This document shows, piece by piece, positions 58,022 to 64,000 of a stretch of 64,000 nucleotides of DNA; position 1 is the first letter of the stretch; the number at the start of each line of letters is the position of its first letter. Made by a program: the position numbers and the translations under genes. Where the stretch lies: assembly GCA_963842085.1 (NCBI GenBank), contig CAWJET010000002.1, positions 224,001 through 288,000 on the forward strand, in the 5' to 3' direction. The stretch is from an uncultured delta proteobacterium. Lineage in GTDB: Bacteria > Desulfobacterota > Binatia > Binatales > Binataceae. Under the pieces are notes generated by a model. The model was not told where the DNA came from. It was given only the letters and a program-made list of their open reading frames with translations, and ran no database searches.

Positions 58022-59745
58022 AAACCGACGCGCAACTTGTGTCAGCGACTCCGGGCCCGCACGCAGTTTGGGTCGAGCGAGTTACGTTCACCTATCACGG
58101 CGCCGACCGCCCGGCGCTTCGAGCGGTAAGCTTCGTGCAGGCGGCGGGCGAGACGATCGGCGTGATGGGTGCGTCGGGCGCGGGCAAGTCCACGCTCGCG
58201 AAATGCCTCAATCGCATCATCCCGGCATTCGAGGACGGCGACTTTCGCGGCGCGATCCGCATTGCAGGCGAGCCGCTCGAGCATCTTCAGGTATGCGAGG
58301 TCGCGCCGAAAGTCGGCATGGTCTTCCAGGATTTCGAGTCGCAGTTGTTCTCGACCAATGTCGCGCACGAAGTCGCGTTCGCGATGGAACAAGTCGGCAT
58401 GGATCGCGCCGAGATGGACCGCCGAATCATCCCCGCGCTCGAGGCCGTCGGACTGCGCGGCTTCGAGCATCGCGATCCAATGTCGCTGTCGGGCGGCGAG
58501 AAGCAGCGCCTGGCGATCGCGTCGGTGCTGGCGCTGCGCCCGTCGGTCATCGTGCTCGACGAGCCGACCACCGATCTGGATCCCGAGGGCAGGGCCGAAG
58601 TGTTCGAGTTGATCGCCAGGCTCCGCGCGCAAGGCCTGAGCCTGATCGTAATCGAGCACGAGTCCGAGGAACTGCGCGCCGCCGATCGGATAATGGTTTT
58701 GCGCGAGGGCGAAATCGCAGCCGACGGTTCGCCTTCCGAGGTATTCGCGCGCACCGAACTGCTCCGGCAATGCGGGGTACGCCCGCCGGGACTGGGCCAC
58801 GCACTCGCACTGCTCGGAATCGACGCACAAGCGAAAAATGTCGAGCAGGCTTACGACGCGATCATGCGGATGTTTCCGCGTCTCGCGGCAATGGACGTCG
58901 AGGACGGCGCCGATTCACAGTCCGAGCCCCAGCCCGCGATGGGCCCCGCATTTATCGGAATCGAAAACGTGAGCTTCAGCTACGCGGGCGGGCCGCGCGT
59001 GCTCGATTCGATCGAGCTCAAAGTCGAAGCCGGCGAATTTCTCGCGATCGTCGGGCAAAACGGTTCCGGCAAAACCACTCTGGCCAAGCACGTCGTCGGC
59101 CTGCTCCAGCCGAGTGCGGGCCGCGTGACGATCGATGGCAAGGACCGCGCGCAGATGCGTCCAGCGGAGATGGCGCGCGAGGTTGCGTACGTTTTCCAGA
59201 ATCCGGACCATCAGATTTTCGCCGCGACGGTCGAAGAGGAAGTCGCGTTCGGCCCACGCAACTTCGGCCTGCCGGATGACGAGATTCGGCGGCGATGCGA
59301 CGAAGCGCTCGAAGCGGTCGGCCTCCAGAACGAGCGCCAGAGCGACCCGTTCCTGCTCAGCAAGGGCGAACGCCAGCGCCTGGCGGTCGCGAGCGTGCTG
59401 GTGCTCAGGCCGCGGATGTTAATTCTCGACGAACCGACCACGGGCCTGGACCATCGCGAGCAGCTTCGCATGATGGCGCTGGTGCGCGACCTCAACCGCG
59501 CCGGAATTGCGATCGTGATTATCACGCATACGCCGTGGCTGGTCGCGGAGTATGCGCGGCGCGTCGTGCTGCTGCGCAAGGGTGCGAAAATTTTCGACGG
59601 GGGCGTGCGCGAGTTTTTCATGCAGGACGAGCTACTGCGGTCGTCATCGTTTCGGGCGCCGGAAATCACCGAACTCAGCCGCCGCTTCGGCACGCTGGCG
59701 CTGACCACGGACGAATTCGTCGCGTGGGTGAAGGGGCGCGCCTGA
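58018..59745 (+). CDS. ECF transporter ATPase (fused A-A')
   Basis: Two ABC domains: GASGAGKS/LSGGEKQR/LDEPT and GQNGSGKT/LSKGERQR/LDEPT. Confidence 0.93.
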   Translation: MKTDAQLVSATPGPHAVWVERVTFTYHGADRPALRAVSFVQAAGETIGVMGASGAGKSTLAKCLNRIIPAFEDGDFRGAIRIAGEPLEHLQVCEVAPKVGMVFQDFESQLFSTNVAHEVAFAMEQVGMDRAEMDRRIIPALEAVGLRGFEHRDPMSLSGGEKQRLAIASVLALRPSVIVLDEPTTDLDPEGRAEVFELIARLRAQGLSLIVIEHESEELRAADRIMVLREGEIAADGSPSEVFARTELLRQCGVRPPGLGHALALLGIDAQAKNVEQAYDAIMRMFPRLAAMDVEDGADSQSEPQPAMGPAFIGIENVSFSYAGGPRVLDSIELKVEAGEFLAIVGQNGSGKTTLAKHVVGLLQPSAGRVTIDGKDRAQMRPAEMAREVAYVFQNPDHQIFAATVEEEVAFGPRNFGLPDDEIRRRCDEALEAVGLQNERQSDPFLLSKGERQRLAVASVLVLRPRMLILDEPTTGLDHREQLRMMALVRDLNRAGIAIVIITHTPWLVAEYARRVVLLRKGAKIFDGGVREFFMQDELLRSSSFRAPEITELSRRFGTLALTTDEFVAWVKGRA

Positions 59746-60536
59746 TGCCGATTTACCTGTACATAGATCGCGGCACGTTCGTTCATCGGCTGCATCCGAC
59801 GGTCAAGGTGTTCGCGCTCTTCATCATGTTCTGGTCGGTGTACTGGGTGGACAATCCGATCGCGCTGCTGGTCCCGATCGGCGTGCTGATGCTGTGGGTC
59901 GCGCAGCTGACGGACTCGTGGCCGAACTTCTATCGGTTGCGATGGTTGTTCGCGATCCTGGTTTTCACCACGACGATTGCGTGGATGGTCTTCTACCGGC
60001 GGGGTGCGGTGCTGGTGAACGTGCCGATTTTTCACGTCAGCAGGTTGTCGATAGTGTTTGGCTTGGGGCGCGGGATCAAGCTGGCGGAGTTGCTGGCGGC
60101 GTCGGTGCTGTTTCTTTCGACCACCAAGATAGAGGAGTTCACATATGGACTGCAGCGGATGCGGGTGCCGTATCGCGTGGGATTTGCGATCTCGCTTTCG
60201 TTTCGGCTGGTGCCGCTGTTTATCGACTCGGCCGTGACGATCGTCGATGCGCAGCGGCTGCGCGGCTACGACTTCAACCAGGGCGGGCCGCTGGAGCGCG
60301 TGCGGCGCTACGTGCCGGTCGTGATTCCGGTCTTCATGGGTGCACTGCGCAAGGCCAATAACATGGCGATGGCTCTGGAAGCGCGCGGCTTCGGCTTCAG
60401 TCACGAGCCAACGACGTTTATCGATTATCCGGTGACGGGAGCGGATGTAACGGCGTTCGCGCTTTTGATCGGGCTCGGTGCATTGTACTTCATGCTCTAC
60501 TGGACGGGGCTGGGCGGAATCGGTCCCTTGAAGTAG
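59745..60536 (+). CDS. ECF transporter transmembrane component T
   Basis: HRLHP.VK, RLVP, AQRLRG and ALEARGF (two X-R-G motifs); ATG overlaps the ATPase stop. Confidence 0.92.
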   Translation: MPIYLYIDRGTFVHRLHPTVKVFALFIMFWSVYWVDNPIALLVPIGVLMLWVAQLTDSWPNFYRLRWLFAILVFTTTIAWMVFYRRGAVLVNVPIFHVSRLSIVFGLGRGIKLAELLAASVLFLSTTKIEEFTYGLQRMRVPYRVGFAISLSFRLVPLFIDSAVTIVDAQRLRGYDFNQGGPLERVRRYVPVVIPVFMGALRKANNMAMALEARGFGFSHEPTTFIDYPVTGADVTAFALLIGLGALYFMLYWTGLGGIGPLK

Positions 60537-60595
60537 CGTACAACCTGGCCGATGCGTACTATCGGCAATAATTCGCAACAATCGCGGGGCTAGCA

Positions 60596-61645
60596 ATGAG
60601 TATCAAGTCGGAATTTCTCAAACGGCCGATCGAACACGTCGATATCACGCGCGAAAGCGTGGTGCCGCTGGTCGAGGCGATGGGGCAGATGGCCTACAGC
60701 GCCCGCGACCTGCATCGCGCGGCCACGATTTACGATCGGATGCTGCGCGATCGCGACTGCGGCATCATCCTGTGCCTGGCGGGATCGCTTATCAGCGCGG
60801 GGCTGAAGCGCGTCTTCGCCGACATGATTCGCAATCACATGGTCGATGCGGTCGTGAGCACCGGCGCGAATATCGTCGATCAGGATTTTTTCGAGGCACT
60901 CGGCTTCAAGCATTGGATGGCCGAGGACCGCTTCAAGTACGGGCTCGACGACGACAAGCTGCGTGAACTGCACATCGATCGAATCTACGACACGCTGATC
61001 GACGAAGACGAACTGCGCGTGTGCGACGAGACGATTCACAAAATCACCGACAGCCTTGAACCGCGGCCGTATTCGTCGCGCGAATTCGTCGGCGAGATGG
61101 GCAAGTACCTGGCCGAGACGGGCGCGAAGAACGGCGCCAGTATCGTGCTCGAGGCCTATCGCGAAGACGTGCCGATTTTCTGCCCGGCGTTCAGCGACTG
61201 CTCGGCCGGATTCGGACTGGTGGCGCATCAGGCGGCGCGCCACGGCAAGGCCAAGGTCTCGCTCGACAGCGCAAAAGATTTTTACGAGCTTACGCGCCTC
61301 AAGGTGAGGAACGAGAGCACCGGACTGTTCATGATTGGCGGCGGCGTGCCGAAAAATTTCGCGCAGGATATCGTGGTCGCGGCGGAAGTGCTGGGGCATG
61401 ACGTGCCGATGCACAAGTACGCGATTCAGATCACGGTGGCCGACGTGCGCGACGGCGCGCTCTCGGGCAGCACGCTCAAAGAGGCGAGCAGCTGGGGCAA
61501 GGTCGATACGACCTACGAGCAGATGGTGTATTGCGAGGCGACGATCGCAGTGCCGCTGATAGTCGGCTACGCGTACCACAAACGCGGCTGGGAAGGCCGC
61601 ACGTCGCGCAAGTGGAGCTCGGCGTTGGATAAGGATCAAGTCTAA
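60596..61645 (+). CDS. Deoxyhypusine synthase-like protein (SpeY-type polyamine synthase)
   Basis: STGANIVDQD, IDRIYD, PAFSDCSAG, GGGVPKNFAQD and GALSGSTLKEASSWGKV (catalytic Lys). Confidence 0.9.
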   Translation: MSIKSEFLKRPIEHVDITRESVVPLVEAMGQMAYSARDLHRAATIYDRMLRDRDCGIILCLAGSLISAGLKRVFADMIRNHMVDAVVSTGANIVDQDFFEALGFKHWMAEDRFKYGLDDDKLRELHIDRIYDTLIDEDELRVCDETIHKITDSLEPRPYSSREFVGEMGKYLAETGAKNGASIVLEAYREDVPIFCPAFSDCSAGFGLVAHQAARHGKAKVSLDSAKDFYELTRLKVRNESTGLFMIGGGVPKNFAQDIVVAAEVLGHDVPMHKYAIQITVADVRDGALSGSTLKEASSWGKVDTTYEQMVYCEATIAVPLIVGYAYHKRGWEGRTSRKWSSALDKDQV

Positions 61646-61813
61646 GGGAAGGGTAAAATCACTCAATTCAATGTGAAACCCGCGATGAATTTCTCACTTC
61701 CTTTGGCAGGGCTAAGCCCTGCACCTTAGTGAAAGGAGATTTTGCCGAAATGGGGTGGGCCGTGCTAATTATCACGGGCTTATTCCGGCGTATTTTTTCT
61801 GAAGGACGATGCG

Positions 61814-62086
61814 ATGCTGTACGTGATTATCGGCCATGACGGACCCGAAGCCGCTGCCTTGCGGCCGAAGGTGCGGCCGGCGCATCTCGAGAATCTGCGG
61901 CCGCTGATTAGGGCCGGGAAGGTGAAGATCGCGGGGCCGTTCACCGATGGCAGCGGGAGTCTTATCATCGTGGAGATGGAGAGCGAGGCGGACGCGGTCG
62001 CGTTTGCGAATAGCGATCCTTATGTGACCAATGGCGTATTCGCGCGCGTTGAGGTGAAGCCGTTCCGGCAGGTGTTTCCGGACTGA
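61814..62086 (+). CDS. YciI-family protein
   Basis: RPAHL, AGP..DGSGSLII and DPY motifs. Confidence 0.9.
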   Translation: MLYVIIGHDGPEAAALRPKVRPAHLENLRPLIRAGKVKIAGPFTDGSGSLIIVEMESEADAVAFANSDPYVTNGVFARVEVKPFRQVFPD

Positions 62087-62196
62087 CCAAACCTCCGGTC
62101 CCTTGCCTCGAGGGAAGGGGAGCAATTGAGAAAGCTTCCAGCGAATAGTGAATAGCTATCTCAGATAGATAGTCAGATTAGGTAGATGGAGCATCG

Positions 62197-63402
62197 ATGG
62201 CGGGAGCTTTATCCAGTCTAAGAGTCATCGAAGTTGGCGAATTGGTGTCGGCGCCGTATTGCAGCAAGCTGCTGGCGGACATGGGCGCCGAGGTCGTCAA
62301 GGTCGAGCGGCCGGGGGTTGGCGATCGCGCGCGCACGCGCGGGCCATTCCCCGGTGACAAACCGAATCCCGAGACGAGCGGGCTGTTCCTTTATCTCAAT
62401 ACCAACAAGCGCGGCGTCACGCTCGATATCGCCAAGCCCGAGGGCTTCGAGATTCTGGAGAAGCTGGTTGCGCGCGCCGATATCCTGGTTCATAACGTCA
62501 CCCCGCCCGAGATGGATCGTGTCGGCCTTACCTACGAGCGGATGCGCCGCGCGAATCCGAAATTGATCATGACGTCGATACTGCCGTTCGGGTTGAGCGG
62601 TCCGTATCGCGACTACCGCGCCGAGGATTTAACGATCTGGTGCGCGGGCGGAGTGTGCGTGCTGAACGGCGCAGGTCCGGAGCATCCGGAGCTGCCGCCG
62701 CTCAAGACCGCGGGGCATCAAGCGGGATACCAGGGCGGAGTGCATGGCGCGACCGCGACGGTCGCGGCGGCGTTCGCGCAGCTTCGCGACGGCGCGGGGC
62801 AGCATATCGAGGTGTCGGTGCAGGAATCGATCGCGTCGATCCTCGAGATGACGTTCGAGTACTGGCCGTACATGAAGATGATCGCGACGCGCCTTGGGCA
62901 GAAGCCGCTGCAGCCGGTCGAGACGATGCAGTGCAAGGACGGGTACATCTACCTGTGCTGCATCGAGGAGCATCAGTGGCGCAATTTCGTCGAAATCATG
63001 GGAAATCCCGAATGGGCGAACGAAGAGATTTTCAAGGACCGGCTGGTGCGCGCGCTCAACTGGGACGCGCTGAAAGTTTTGCTCGAAGAATGGGTCAGCC
63101 AGCAGACGGTGCTCGATCTGTATCAAAAGGCTCAGGCCAAGCGGGTGCCGTTTGCGCCGGTGTCGACGATGGGCGACCTGCTAAACTCGGAGCATCTGAA
63201 GGCGCGCGGATTTTTCGTCGAGATCGCGCAGCCGGTGGCCGGCACCCACAAGTATCCGGGCGCGCCGCTGAAGTTCGAGCGCACGCCGTGGGAAATTCGG
63301 CGGCCGGCGCCGACGCTGGGACAGCATAATGCGGAAGTATTCGGCGAACTCGGACTTTCGCCGGCGCGGCTCGACGAACTCAAGCGCAAGGGTGTGATTT
63401 AG
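62197..63402 (+). CDS. Family III (CaiB/BaiF) CoA-transferase, subunit 1
   Basis: LRVIE, LADMGAEVVKVERPG.GD, LN.NKRGVTLD and PAP.LGQHN motifs. Confidence 0.93.
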   Translation: MAGALSSLRVIEVGELVSAPYCSKLLADMGAEVVKVERPGVGDRARTRGPFPGDKPNPETSGLFLYLNTNKRGVTLDIAKPEGFEILEKLVARADILVHNVTPPEMDRVGLTYERMRRANPKLIMTSILPFGLSGPYRDYRAEDLTIWCAGGVCVLNGAGPEHPELPPLKTAGHQAGYQGGVHGATATVAAAFAQLRDGAGQHIEVSVQESIASILEMTFEYWPYMKMIATRLGQKPLQPVETMQCKDGYIYLCCIEEHQWRNFVEIMGNPEWANEEIFKDRLVRALNWDALKVLLEEWVSQQTVLDLYQKAQAKRVPFAPVSTMGDLLNSEHLKARGFFVEIAQPVAGTHKYPGAPLKFERTPWEIRRPAPTLGQHNAEVFGELGLSPARLDELKRKGVI

Positions 63403-63404
63403 CG

Positions 63405-64000
63405 ATGGCTACGAAACCGCCGCTGTTGGGAATTCGAGTCTGCGATTTTACCTGGGTGTGGGCGGGACCTTACTGCACCCTGCAACTGGCGCATCTTGGG
63501 GCCGAAGTGATCAGGATCGAAACCAAGACGCGGCCGTGCGTGACGCGGATGCTGCCGCCGTGGCCCGACGGCGTGTTCAAGAGCCTCAACCAGTCGGGCT
63601 ACTTCAATCAGTACAATCAGGGCAAGAAGTCGCTGTCGCTGAATTTCAAGCATCCCGAGGCGAAGGAAGCGGCGTGGCGGCTAATCATGCAGAGCGACGT
63701 CGTGATTAACAACTTCGCGGCGGGCGTGCTCGAGAAGATGGGATTCGGCTACGAAGAGGTCAAGAAGGTAAATCCGAATGTAGTAATGATTACTCTGTCG
63801 GGTTACGGCGACACCGGACCGTATAGTCATTACGTGGCGTACGGGCCGGCGCAGGTGCCGCTGTCGGGGCTGTCGGCGCTGACTGGCTACAAGGGATTCC
63901 CGCCGATGCACGCGGGATTCAGCTACGCCGACCCCAACGCGGGAGTGCATGGCGCGTTCGCGGTGATCAGCGCGCTGTTCCATCGCGCGAAAACCGGCGA
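63405..64000 (+). CDS. Family III CoA-transferase, subunit 2 (3' partial)
   Basis: Translated by hand from ATG 63405: MATKPPLLGIRVCDFTWVWAGPYCTLQLAHLGAEVIRIE...NQGKKSLSL; open to the window end. Confidence 0.9.
   Translation, partial: MATKPPLLGIRVCDFTWVWAGPYCTLQLAHLGAEVIRIETKTRPCVTRMLPPWPDGVFKSLNQSGYFNQYNQGKKSLSLNFKHPEAKEAAWRLIMQSDVVINNFAAGVLEKMGFGYEEVKKVNPNVVMITLSGYGDTGPYSHYVAYGPAQVPLSGLSALTGYKGFPPMHAGFSYADPNAGVHGAFAVISALFHRAKTG

Overview
A GC-rich bacterial chromosomal segment from a diderm organism (LptD, LapA, L,D-transpeptidase, MltD-like lytic transglycosylase). The gene repertoire is compatible with a Deltaproteobacteria-like lineage such as Ca. Binatota, but that is inference only. 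It is mostly housekeeping and metabolic: lptD (partial), GT87 and UbiA-type prenyltransferase, an ECF sigma/anti-sigma module, polA, a Gld-like ABC cluster, acpS, two DegT aminotransferases, acyl-CoA dehydrogenase, pcrA/uvrD, rlmE, thiD/thiE, an NAD-dependent formate dehydrogenase operon, a radical SAM protein, a vapBC pair, an NtrB/NtrC-like pair, moeA, ispF, tatD, a QueT-type ECF transporter, a deoxyhypusine synthase-like enzyme and two family III CoA-transferases. I recognised no rRNA, tRNA, CRISPR array, transposase or prophage. Main findings: (1) a rhodanese-CBS protein that the ORF caller split at an in-frame UGA (CRDSL-U-DLS), followed 12 nt later by a perfect 8-bp hairpin, so a likely selenoprotein with a SECIS, ending a tightly coupled three-gene operon; (2) nested REP-like tandem arrays flanking a secreted beta-propeller gene that separates ntrB from ntrC; (3) a ~90-bp element with an NrdR-box-like motif present twice, each time upstream of a minus-strand gene; (4) an FdsA-FdsD fusion with a divergent nitrate-reductase-associated (NarM-like) gene; (5) an orphan Nmad3 gene behind a 29-bp palindrome; (6) a lipoprotein-signal + DUF151 nuclease + PDZ protein. 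All family assignments are from motif recognition by eye; no database searches were run.
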